Shown here in pieces: positions 41,753 through 50,667 of a stretch of DNA of 64,000 nt. The notes below the pieces were generated by a model. It did not search any database. It was not told the origin of the DNA and worked only from the letters and a program-made list of their open reading frames with translations. Each line of letters begins with the position of its first letter. The first letter of the stretch is position 1. Source of the DNA: Candidatus Latescibacterota bacterium (GTDB taxonomy: Bacteria; Latescibacterota; UBA2968; UBA8231); contig CBDFJF010000001.1 in NCBI GenBank assembly GCA_965248265.1, forward strand, positions 544,001 to 608,000. The letters run 5' to 3'. The translations under genes were made by a program, and so were the position numbers.

Positions 41753-43362
41753 TAAGGATTCTCCTCGATATTGACTGGATGCTGAGTGCTGTCCGTAGTC
41801 GCCGGTGCCAGCGGAGGCGCCGACTCGTCGTTTCCAACTCTGATGACGGAATACCCGGTCGTCGGCAGCCAACCGGTGATGTGGTCGACGGCCGGTGCCG
41901 TAACCTGCACTAGTGGCGCAGGGTGGAGGCCCAGAAACAGAACCAGTCCCAGGATGGCTACCGCCATCCCGGTGAGCGCGCCCCTGGAGCCGCCGGCTCC
42001 AGTCGAGTCGGCCCCAGTTGTGGCGGACAGCAGGGTGTAGGCAGCGACTGACAACCCCAGGAGCGTTGCTACAGTGTGGCCTGGAAACGCCGCGAAGCCG
42101 GCGACCATGCACAGGATAGCTCCGCTGAACGGGGCCGATGCTGGAAAGCCGAGGAAGGCGACGACAGCACTCCACCACAGCAGCGCTTGCCATCGCCCGA
42201 TCCGCTCGCCGCCCGCGGCCAGAGAAACTGAGAGGGCAAGCGCAACCAACAGCGCCCGCACGAGACCGTGACTGAGAGCATACAGGAAACTGCCCTGGAT
42301 ACCCTCACCCGTGAGCGTCCACAGGCCCAGCAAAATGACTCCGTTGAAGCCCAGGCACAGGTAAGCCAGCCGGCGACGCAAGGAAGAGCGCTGCCCGAGA
42401 GCAAGAGCCCCACCGTACAGAGCAACCCAGGCGGCCAGTGCACCTCCCCAGTGAGCACCGATCTGCTCGACGGGTTCGGGACACAGTGGCATGGCAAACC
42501 GCAGTATCACGTAAGTGGCTATCAGGGGCCAGCCGCCAACGACCACGACCGCGACCAGCGGATTTTTCGTGCGTAGCGCCAATAGATCCACCAACCAACC
42601 ATGAAACGGCGCGATCGGCAGCTGGATGACCAGGTACAATCCGAAGGCGGCGGCGATCCACATCTGCGCCTCAGCGGGCAGCGCAAGCGTCAGCAACTGC
42701 TCTGGATCGAGTTGGGGGCTGCCTGTCTTTTGCTGAGCCGTCGAGCGCACCGACAGGGCTGCAGCCAACAGCGCCAGTGTGGCCGCGTAGTTAAAGAGGA
42801 GAAACCTCAATGCGACCCGGCGGCGCTCACTGCTGCGCACGCCACCCCCTGCCTCGTCATCCTTGGCCATACAAAGAGCGAAAAACAGAGCGAAAACGGC
42901 GGCCTGAGAGAACAGCGTCAGCAGCAGGAGGTTGGCCGCGACGAAGACGCCCTGGAGCGATGCCATAGCCACCAGCAATCCCATGCTTGCCCCCCTACCG
43001 CCGACGGAATTTGCTGACATGGCGATGAGAAACAGGAGTGGGATGACAACCAGCGCGAAGACATTGAGATGGTCGATCCCCAGCTGCAGGTCGAGGCCCA
43101 GTGAAGGCGCCCATGGTACGCTGCCGGCGACCCCCACGGCCTGCGATCCTGCTGATCCGAACAATTCAACGGTTGAGTGGAACTGTTCCGGTAGATCCAG
43201 GAAGTTGCCAACAGCCAGTAACCCTAACGCCAATTCCAGAAAGGTCACGGCCAGCAGGACCAGACGGCGGCCCTGCCCCGACGCGGGTGGCAGGAGAGCG
43301 ACAACGGCTGCGCCGATCAGAGGCACGACCACGAAACTCGACAGGATCAGGGCGGGCATCAT
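41752..43362 (-). CDS. nuoM: Highly divergent complex I subunit M
   Basis: PWAPSLG...LGID, A.RF.LF, P..PFHGWL.D, LRFAMPL.P, YGG.LA..Q, SHGL; position between nuoL and nuoN with ATGA/TAATG coupling. Confidence 0.85.
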   Translation of the reverse strand: MMPALILSSFVVVPLIGAAVVALLPPASGQGRRLVLLAVTFLELALGLLAVGNFLDLPEQFHSTVELFGSAGSQAVGVAGSVPWAPSLGLDLQLGIDHLNVFALVVIPLLFLIAMSANSVGGRGASMGLLVAMASLQGVFVAANLLLLTLFSQAAVFALFFALCMAKDDEAGGGVRSSERRRVALRFLLFNYAATLALLAAALSVRSTAQQKTGSPQLDPEQLLTLALPAEAQMWIAAAFGLYLVIQLPIAPFHGWLVDLLALRTKNPLVAVVVVGGWPLIATYVILRFAMPLCPEPVEQIGAHWGGALAAWVALYGGALALGQRSSLRRRLAYLCLGFNGVILLGLWTLTGEGIQGSFLYALSHGLVRALLVALALSVSLAAGGERIGRWQALLWWSAVVAFLGFPASAPFSGAILCMVAGFAAFPGHTVATLLGLSVAAYTLLSATTGADSTGAGGSRGALTGMAVAILGLVLFLGLHPAPLVQVTAPAVDHITGWLPTTGYSVIRVGNDESAPPLAPATTDSTQHPVNIEENP

Positions 43363-45197
43363 CGGCTCGTCAACCACACAACAGCCACAAGAGTGATGGC
43401 AGCGCTCAGCACGGCGGCCGTGACGGCCGAGGAAAAACGGCCGTCGTGCAGGGTTCCGATCAACCAACCGCAGACGCGAACGCCTGCGCCGATCCCGCGC
43501 AGGCACAGCAACTCGACGGCCACATCGACGAACGTCGATACCCGGTCCGCCAACCAACAGACGGACCGCGCAATGGCCGTGTAGAGATCGTCGAACAGCA
43601 ATCCATTTCCTAGCAGATGCCTCAGGAGGTGCGGCGGACGGCCGGTGACACCCCTGGGGCTCGGTCTCAGGCGCCCCACCAGGACCCACGCCCATCCACA
43701 TCCGGCGAGCGTGAGCACGACGCAGGCGATTCCGACCGTGGACTCCACCAGCACCGCCGAGGGCATCGCGCCGACGTCAGCGAAAGCCCGCGGGATTGCA
43801 GCCGCCAGACGGATCGGAGAAGCCTGGTGACTGATTAACATCGCAATGACAGCAAGACCGGACAGACAGGCCATGAAGGCGACAGGAACTGTGGTCGAGC
43901 CCTCGCGGATCACAGTACGGGGATTGACACCCGTGAAAATGCCGAACAGCAGGCGGAAAAGGTGGAGGGAGGTAAGCAGCACGACCAGGCTTCCCAGAAT
44001 CGCGAAGGGAGTGCTCTCTGCCGCAGCTGCCTCCAGGAACGACAGCTGCACCCAGAAACTCGCGAACGGGGGCAACACCAACACGATGGTGGCTACCAGA
44101 GTGAACCGGTACGCCGTCTTCAAGTGGACCCGCAGACCACCAAGTGTGGACAGCTCAAAGGCCGCCGAACTCGCGCGCTCGGCCAGGCCGGTGGTGAGCA
44201 GGAGTACACATTTGACACAGGTATGAATCGACAACTGCAGCAATGCCACGGCCGGCATTCCCATGGACGCGAGGGTCAGGGCGATCGCGCCCTGGCTTGA
44301 GGTGGAATAGGCCAGCGACCGGCGGGGGTCGCGAGCGGCCGCGGCACAAGCCGCCATCAGCGCGGCACCGGCCAATCCAATGCCCGACAAACCTTCCGGA
44401 GACATCAGCTGCCAGGATCGAACCAGCAGGTAGAGACCGAGCGGGACCGCGAAGACGACCTGGATGAAGGTGGCTGCCGGCGTCCCTAACGACGCGCTTC
44501 GCTCCAACCAGGGATGCAACGGCCACATGCCAGTCCGGGCAATACCAGCCACCGCAATCGACAGGCCGATGACGGCAGTTGTCGAACCCCCCAAGACCTC
44601 CACGAAGGCGACGGAACCCAGGTGCAAGAGCATGAACACGAGCGCGCTCAGGAGTCCCAGCGAGGCGAGGCCCTGGAAGACCAAAGTCCGCGCCGCGGCC
44701 GGACCGTCGCCGCGCAAACGGACCAGCAGCCAGGTCGACAACGCGACTCCCTCCCAACCGGCATACAGCATACCGTAATTGTTGGCGATCACCGCCAAGA
44801 GTGCACAGGACACTCCGAAGTGGACGACGGCGTCCTGGCGGCGCTGCTGATGGAGTTCCTCAGTCTCAAATGCCGATTTGCATACATGGACCGCCAGGTT
44901 GGTCGAGGCCACGACGAAGGCTGTGATCGCGGACATTGGATCGATGAGAAAACCGGCCGTTATGACGGTGTCCTGCCCCAGGACGATCCAGGTCATGACA
45001 TCCCAGTTTGCTGTCACCGCTGTACCGCAGCTCAAGACCAGAAGCACCAGCGCACACAGCCAGGTGAGGGCGGCAGTATTGATACCACGCATGCGCAACG
45101 CGCCTGTAGATCGCGCGCCCGCTGTGGCGACGGCTCCTGCCAGTGGCGTGAGCAGAAGACCGTATGCGGCTATTTTCGTTAGCAGAACCAACTGCAT
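43359..45197 (-). CDS. nuoL: Divergent complex I subunit L
   Basis: GFLIDPMS, ANN..MLYAGWEGV, PLHPWL, LAYST.SQ, H...K..L.L, LGGLR. Confidence 0.88.
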   Translation of the reverse strand: MQLVLLTKIAAYGLLLTPLAGAVATAGARSTGALRMRGINTAALTWLCALVLLVLSCGTAVTANWDVMTWIVLGQDTVITAGFLIDPMSAITAFVVASTNLAVHVCKSAFETEELHQQRRQDAVVHFGVSCALLAVIANNYGMLYAGWEGVALSTWLLVRLRGDGPAAARTLVFQGLASLGLLSALVFMLLHLGSVAFVEVLGGSTTAVIGLSIAVAGIARTGMWPLHPWLERSASLGTPAATFIQVVFAVPLGLYLLVRSWQLMSPEGLSGIGLAGAALMAACAAAARDPRRSLAYSTSSQGAIALTLASMGMPAVALLQLSIHTCVKCVLLLTTGLAERASSAAFELSTLGGLRVHLKTAYRFTLVATIVLVLPPFASFWVQLSFLEAAAAESTPFAILGSLVVLLTSLHLFRLLFGIFTGVNPRTVIREGSTTVPVAFMACLSGLAVIAMLISHQASPIRLAAAIPRAFADVGAMPSAVLVESTVGIACVVLTLAGCGWAWVLVGRLRPSPRGVTGRPPHLLRHLLGNGLLFDDLYTAIARSVCWLADRVSTFVDVAVELLCLRGIGAGVRVCGWLIGTLHDGRFSSAVTAAVLSAAITLVAVVWLTSR

Positions 45198-45509
45198 TTA
45201 GCCCTCGAACTCCGGCGATCGCTTGTCGAGATCGGTGTCACCACCGCGACGGTGGCGCAGGCACAGCAATGACAGCAGGACGACGGCTTGCCCTACACCG
45301 GCGGCCAACGTGATCAGGGCCATCACCTGGCCGGAATCGTCAGCATGAAAGTGTGCGAAGGCTGCGAGGGTGACGACGGCTCCCAACCCCATCAGCTGAA
45401 ACCCCAGGATGACGGCCAGAACGTTGCGCCGCAGGACGATGCCCGTTAGCCCGAGCCCGAACAGGAGCAAACCAAAAAGCGTAGTCACCTGCAGGATCGC
45501 CGCGCTCAT
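45198..45509 (-). CDS. nuoK: Divergent complex I subunit K
   Basis: LFGLGL.GIV.RRN, GQVMAL; 103 aa, 3 TM; operon position. Confidence 0.88.
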   Translation of the reverse strand: MSAAILQVTTLFGLLLFGLGLTGIVLRRNVLAVILGFQLMGLGAVVTLAAFAHFHADDSGQVMALITLAAGVGQAVVLLSLLCLRHRRGGDTDLDKRSPEFEG

Positions 45510-46093
45510 GGACCCTCCCCGGTACTGGCAGGATCATCTACCCGATTGGATTCGACAATCGCCAGCGTGGTGGCGAAAAGGACGAAGCCGATGACGATGA
45601 ATGACACCAAGTGTCTCCTCACCAGTAGACCGGTGAGTGACTCGCTATCGGCAACCACGCCATCGGCGACGATGGCGGCAGTGGTCTCCCCTTGGACGGC
45701 GACCGTTGGAGCTATCCCTGGAGTCGCCGCAATGACACCGAGCGCGACTACCAGGATTGCGGCCGCGCACAAGATCAGCCTTCGCCTCTTGGAATCCGAG
45801 GCGGCTCGCGGACCTTGCCGCGAGTGTCCCACGAGCGGAGTGCCCGATTCTTCTTGATTGACAACCATGTGACCTACGAGATAGACGGCGGCGATGACAC
45901 CACCCTGCATCAGGACTAGCCCGATGGCAACCAGTGGCGCATTCGCGAAGATCCCCACGATGCCGGCTGCGGCCAGGACCACCACGCCGAGAGCGAGAGC
46001 AGACCGAGTCACCGATCGACTGGTGGCGACGACGACGGCGGCGGCCACGGCGAGTGCTGCCAGTAACACGTACAGGACCAGACCGGAGATCAC
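45506..46093 (-). CDS. nuoJ: Highly divergent complex I subunit J
   Basis: Five hydrophobic segments, VV.TSRS.TRSAL.L, ANAPLVA; GTGA overlap with nuoH stop and ATGA overlap with nuoK. Confidence 0.78.
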   Translation of the reverse strand: MISGLVLYVLLAALAVAAAVVVATSRSVTRSALALGVVVLAAAGIVGIFANAPLVAIGLVLMQGGVIAAVYLVGHMVVNQEESGTPLVGHSRQGPRAASDSKRRRLILCAAAILVVALGVIAATPGIAPTVAVQGETTAAIVADGVVADSESLTGLLVRRHLVSFIVIGFVLFATTLAIVESNRVDDPASTGEGP

Positions 46094-47115
46094 GCGTTTG
46101 TCATCATTTTCAGGAGCCGCGAACCGACCGCTACCATCAGCAGATTGGCAAAAGCCAGCGGCAGCAGGTATTTCCAGCCGACGGTGGCTGCGCGCTCGAG
46201 TACCAGCGACGGCAGGCTCGAACGGACCCAGAGAAACAGCAGGACGACAGCGGCGGTTTTGATGACGGTTGCGCTGGCCTGCACATGCGGCACTTCCCCG
46301 TTGCCGACGAGTCCGGGAATGTGCCACCCCCCCAGGTACAGGGTGACGAGGAAGGCGCTGGCGGCTATCAGATGCACCCGCTCCGCCACCAGCATCAAGG
46401 CCAAGTGGCGGCCGCTGTAGAGGCTGCCGAGGCGGCCGCCTCTGGTCGGGTCTCGCTGGGTGAGTGGACGCCAGGGGATAATCTGCAGGAGGGCGGCGAA
46501 GCAGACGACGAAACCCAACGGTTGAACCATCAGGTTCCAGGCGAGGATGACGTGTCCGTCGATCGCTGTCTGGGCGGCGATGATCTGGTCAAAACGAGCT
46601 GTTCCGCCGGCCGTTATGACTCCGAAAACGGCGACCCCGAGCGCCAGGTAACAGCTCAGCTGGCGCGCCACCAGACGCAGTCCTCCGAAATCACGAAAGC
46701 CTCCTATTTGAGCGCGGGTTCCGGCGATCAGACCAACCTGGAGAGCGATGAAGCCCAGGGCCATGACGTAGACGACCCCCAGGCTGGTGTGCCCTCCCCA
46801 CGCCGCCAGCGCTGTCCAGAGCCCACCACCATCACTCTGGCAAAACGGAACCACGGCGAGGGCGGTGAACGAAATGGCCAACAACAGAGGGGCGGCCCAC
46901 TTGCCGCCAGCTCCAGCCGCGGCCCGTGGCGATCTCTTTGACGCCAGCTTGATCAGATCGGCTACGGGGCGCAATCCGAAACCCGCCCGCTGGCGCCTGC
47001 CCGGCGCGGTCCGGTACTCAGCGAGCATGATCGCCATGACTCCGATCGCCGTACATAACAGCAGCGCGCCGTTGGAGCCCAGCGCGTTGATGAGTGGAAG
47101 GTCCTGGAAGGCCAA
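46090..47115 (-). CDS. nuoH: Highly divergent complex I subunit H
   Basis: GLRPVADLIKL, GGLR..A.QLS, QPLGF, YSG...L...AE, TLYLGGW, KT...L.LW.R.SLP, GWK.LLPLAFANL. Confidence 0.87.
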   Translation of the reverse strand: MAFQDLPLINALGSNGALLLCTAIGVMAIMLAEYRTAPGRRQRAGFGLRPVADLIKLASKRSPRAAAGAGGKWAAPLLLAISFTALAVVPFCQSDGGGLWTALAAWGGHTSLGVVYVMALGFIALQVGLIAGTRAQIGGFRDFGGLRLVARQLSCYLALGVAVFGVITAGGTARFDQIIAAQTAIDGHVILAWNLMVQPLGFVVCFAALLQIIPWRPLTQRDPTRGGRLGSLYSGRHLALMLVAERVHLIAASAFLVTLYLGGWHIPGLVGNGEVPHVQASATVIKTAAVVLLFLWVRSSLPSLVLERAATVGWKYLLPLAFANLLMVAVGSRLLKMMTNA

Positions 47116-47116
47116 T

Positions 47117-48796
47117 TCAGTCGGTATCCGCCGGCCGCTGTCTCGACAGCCAGTCTCGTTTGTTGTGATCGTCAACGGCCAGAAAACCACGTCGTTGCAG
47201 AGCGGTGGACCATCCACCGCCGTAGGCCTGTGCGATACCTGCCGCACCGAGCCCCGCACCCGGGTCCCCCTGATTCTGATCGAGGACAGTCTCGGCTTCC
47301 GCTATGACGGAGTTCGGCGCCGCGAATCGAACCGCCACTCGTTTGAGAATCTCGATATCGTCCAGGCACCCGGGAGCGGGTCCAACGGCCTTTTGCAACC
47401 GCTGAAGGTGCCCGTCGGCGTTGGTCATGGTACCGGCTTTTTCTGGGAAACTGCATCCTGGCAGCACGACCCGCGCCAGGGCGGCCAGTTCGTCCTGCAG
47501 GATATCCAGGACGACCAGATTGTCGGCAACAGCACCCAGGGCGCTGAGCTCGATGTCGTCCGGCCGAACGCCCGGTCCCCCACCCACAACGAAGGCCGCA
47601 CCGATCAATCCCTCCTGCAGTGCTTCCACCATCTGATCCATCCCCAGCAAACTCTGGCCCAGCTCTGCCGCCACCCCTTTGATGCCATGCGAATTCGCCG
47701 CCTTGTCGCCTCGAATCGTGAATCCACTCGGGTAGATCGTGTCGCCTTCCGTAGCGAGGGACTGCCGCAAGGATATCAATTCGGTGTCCCAGCCTTGAGC
47801 AAGGCGAATCAACAGACGGGCTTCCTCGTTCGTCATCTGGCCGCCGAGTATGACTCCGATCTGCTGTCCCTGAGAGCGGCAGGCGGTAAAAGCGAGATGA
47901 ATGGCCTCGCACGCGTCCTCCCAAGATGCGACAACGTCTGCAACGCCATCAGCTGACTGGATCAGGGGATGCGTCAACCGCTCCGAACTGTGGACGTAGT
48001 GCCATCCGTGACGTCCATCATCGCACATCCAGTACTCGTTGACATCCATGTTCACGCGGGGCTTGAGTCTCTTCACCTGATCGCCGGCAACATCGATGCG
48101 GATGTTGCATCCGGAGGAACAGCCGGTGCAGATCGAGTCGACACCGCGCAATCTCCAGGCCGGCTGCAGCTGGAAACGCTTGTCGATCAGAGCACCGGCC
48201 GGACACAGATCCACGGTGTTGCCGGACAGCCGATTGTCCATCTTTGACCCGGGAAAGGTAGCGACTTCGAGGCGGTCACCTCGATCGAACATCGACAGCT
48301 CTTCCGTACCGGTGACCTCCGCGCAGAAACGGACGCAACGGGTACAATGGATGCATTTCCCCGGGTCTATGGCAACGTGATCTCCCAGATCCCGAATTTC
48401 ACTCGCGCCCTTTTCGGGAAGCACGTATGGACCGTCGCCGCCGTAGGCGAAGCTGAATTCCTGTAACTCGCACTCTCCCGAATTGTCGCACGATGGACAT
48501 TCCAATGGGTGCCGCACCAGCTGGAACTCAAGCGCTGTAGCTCGCGCCTGCCTTACGGCCTCCGATTCCGTGCGCACCACCATGCTGTCCTGTACCTGCG
48601 CATCGCACGCCGTCGTCAAACGCCAGCCGTCGTCGTCTCGCACCTCTATCGCACATAGCCGACACAGTGCCGGAGTAGACAGGGCCGGATGAAAACACAG
48701 ATGGGGGACGAAAATTTCAGCCTCGAGAGCGCCCATGAGCAGATTGGCCCCGTCCTCGATCTCCAGCGCTCTGCCGTCCCATGTTATTCGGGCCAT
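47117..48796 (-). CDS. nuoG: Complex I subunit G (short form, all Fe-S motifs present)
   Basis: PHLCFH..CRLC..TAC; HPLECPSCDNSGECELQ; CIHCTRCVRFC..DLCPAG; CTGCSSGC..MCDDG. Confidence 0.93.
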   Translation of the reverse strand: MARITWDGRALEIEDGANLLMGALEAEIFVPHLCFHPALSTPALCRLCAIEVRDDDGWRLTTACDAQVQDSMVVRTESEAVRQARATALEFQLVRHPLECPSCDNSGECELQEFSFAYGGDGPYVLPEKGASEIRDLGDHVAIDPGKCIHCTRCVRFCAEVTGTEELSMFDRGDRLEVATFPGSKMDNRLSGNTVDLCPAGALIDKRFQLQPAWRLRGVDSICTGCSSGCNIRIDVAGDQVKRLKPRVNMDVNEYWMCDDGRHGWHYVHSSERLTHPLIQSADGVADVVASWEDACEAIHLAFTACRSQGQQIGVILGGQMTNEEARLLIRLAQGWDTELISLRQSLATEGDTIYPSGFTIRGDKAANSHGIKGVAAELGQSLLGMDQMVEALQEGLIGAAFVVGGGPGVRPDDIELSALGAVADNLVVLDILQDELAALARVVLPGCSFPEKAGTMTNADGHLQRLQKAVGPAPGCLDDIEILKRVAVRFAAPNSVIAEAETVLDQNQGDPGAGLGAAGIAQAYGGGWSTALQRRGFLAVDDHNKRDWLSRQRPADTD

Positions 48797-48797
48797 G

Positions 48798-50156
48798 TTA
48801 GTAACGCACGCTTACGCTATCCGGCACCCTGAACCCGGGGTCTTTCAGCTCCTGCATTGGGCAGGCTCCTGCCGTAGCGTGCGCCTCGAATTCGGCTCTG
48901 AACGAATGGAAGAAATCCTGCACGGTCCAAGCGAAGGCGCTACCGAATCCACACAGCGCCGTGGTCTGCTCAGGCCGGAGCCGGGGGGCGATCTGACGCG
49001 CCACGGATTCGATCAGCTTCACCTCGTCGGCGTCACCCCCCTTACCCTCCTCCAGTCGTTGCAGCAACTGGAGGATCCAACTCGAGCCCTCCCTGCACGG
49101 CGCGCACTGCCCGCACGATTCCACCGCATAGAAGCGCATCATCTGGATCGCCGTGTCCACCATGCAGGTGGTATCATCCAGGACGATGACCGCGCCGTTG
49201 CCGAAGGCTCCATCGATCGGTCCTGCGCCGGGTATCGCCCATTGTTGGGGGTCGAGATCGACATCGAGCTGCTGTGGCTGCAGAACCGTCGACAGTGTGC
49301 CACCGACGATGACCGCCTTGAGCGAGCGACCATCGGGTACACCACCGGCGTAGTCGTCTACCAACTCCCTCAGCGTCGCCTCGCCCAAAGCCAGTTCGTA
49401 CAAACCTGGACGACGCACGTGCCCGCTGACACAAAACACGCACGTACCTGGATAGGCATGCGTGCCGATGGTCCTGAACTCGACCGCACCGGCTGACAGA
49501 ATGTCAGGTAGATAGGCCAGGGTGCCGACGTTGTGGACAACGGCCGGCTCGCCAAAGAGGGTGCGTGGGGACGACGCCGGTGCCGGCTCAGGTCGTCCCC
49601 CTTCGAGCCCCTGTAGCAAGGCCGATTCCTCGGCGGCAATATGGGCACCACCCCCTGGATGCACGTAGACATCCAGGTCGAAACCACTGCCGGCAATATC
49701 ACGCCCCAGCCAGTTGGCTTTGTAGGCCTCGTCTATTGCCTGGTTGATGACGGTGGTTGGACGGGCAAGTTCACCTCTCACGCATAGATAGGCGACCCGT
49801 GCGCCAAGAGCTCGGGCGGCGATGAGTATACCTTCGAGAAGGCGATGAGGTACGCGCTCCATGAGCTTGCGGTCACGAAACAGACCCGGATCGGCATCGT
49901 AGGCATTGACACACAGGTAGGGCGGCGGTGCCGACGTCATCGCCGGCTGCGCCGACCGCCGCCACTTATCCGCGACCGGCTCCCAACCGCCGCCACGACC
50001 GCGCAGACCACTGGCGGCGACTTCCTCCAGCAGCTGCTGTTGGGTCATGGCCAACGCCTTGGCCGCTCCCCGATAGCCGCCGTGGGTGAGGTAGGCCTGG
50101 ATGCCCTCGATGTCGGGGATCTCGATATTCTTGAGGAGCAGTCTGTGCTCAGCCAT
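48798..50156 (-). CDS. nuoF: Complex I subunit F with altered flavin/NADH pocket
   Basis: SGLRGRGG, DR.LME..PH.LLEG, EE.ALL..LEG, SGHVRRPG.YE, ESCGQCAPCREG, LCGFG. Confidence 0.92.
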   Translation of the reverse strand: MAEHRLLLKNIEIPDIEGIQAYLTHGGYRGAAKALAMTQQQLLEEVAASGLRGRGGGWEPVADKWRRSAQPAMTSAPPPYLCVNAYDADPGLFRDRKLMERVPHRLLEGILIAARALGARVAYLCVRGELARPTTVINQAIDEAYKANWLGRDIAGSGFDLDVYVHPGGGAHIAAEESALLQGLEGGRPEPAPASSPRTLFGEPAVVHNVGTLAYLPDILSAGAVEFRTIGTHAYPGTCVFCVSGHVRRPGLYELALGEATLRELVDDYAGGVPDGRSLKAVIVGGTLSTVLQPQQLDVDLDPQQWAIPGAGPIDGAFGNGAVIVLDDTTCMVDTAIQMMRFYAVESCGQCAPCREGSSWILQLLQRLEEGKGGDADEVKLIESVARQIAPRLRPEQTTALCGFGSAFAWTVQDFFHSFRAEFEAHATAGACPMQELKDPGFRVPDSVSVRY

Positions 50157-50160
50157 GGCC

Positions 50161-50667
50161 TCAGTCCTCGATACGCTCTACGGTACGCTCTAGTAATTGA
50201 GTCAGTTTCTCGAGACTCAGGCTTTCATGCAGCTCGTCGTCTACGAGCATCACCGGAGCCGTGCTGCAGGATGCCAGACACGGAACACGTTCGAGGGTGA
50301 AATGGCCGTCCAGGGCCGTGTCCCCCGGCTCAATGCCGAGCGCGACACGCAGTTGGCCCAGAACCGTTTCAGCACCCATCAAGCGGCAGGAGAGGCCATC
50401 GCACACCCGCAGCCGGCTTCTACCAGCCGGCTTGTCAGTCCTCAGCAGGGGATAGAAACTGGCCACGCCGGCAGCTCGAACTGGAGGTATTGCCAACAGG
50501 TCGGCCACGTGGCCGATCACAGACGGTGAGCACCAGCCCCACTCTCGCTGTGCCAGCAGCAGGACCGGAAGAAGCGCACCGCCAGCCTCGGGATAGCGCT
50601 CCCGGATGCGCTGGTACTCGGCCTCCGTGTCCGGACCGAAAGCCAATTTGTCGATGGTCTGCTCCAT
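50161..50667 (-). CDS. nuoE: Complex I subunit E
   Basis: RYP....LLPVL..AQ..WGW, VASFY, VCDGLSC, CLASCSTAP. Confidence 0.93.
   Translation of the reverse strand: MEQTIDKLAFGPDTEAEYQRIRERYPEAGGALLPVLLLAQREWGWCSPSVIGHVADLLAIPPVRAAGVASFYPLLRTDKPAGRSRLRVCDGLSCRLMGAETVLGQLRVALGIEPGDTALDGHFTLERVPCLASCSTAPVMLVDDELHESLSLEKLTQLLERTVERIED

Noticed and set aside
40340-45509. Mrp Na+/H+ antiporter operon
   Set aside because: Gene order and motifs follow nuoK-L-M-N within a nuo cluster; no mrpB/E/F/G
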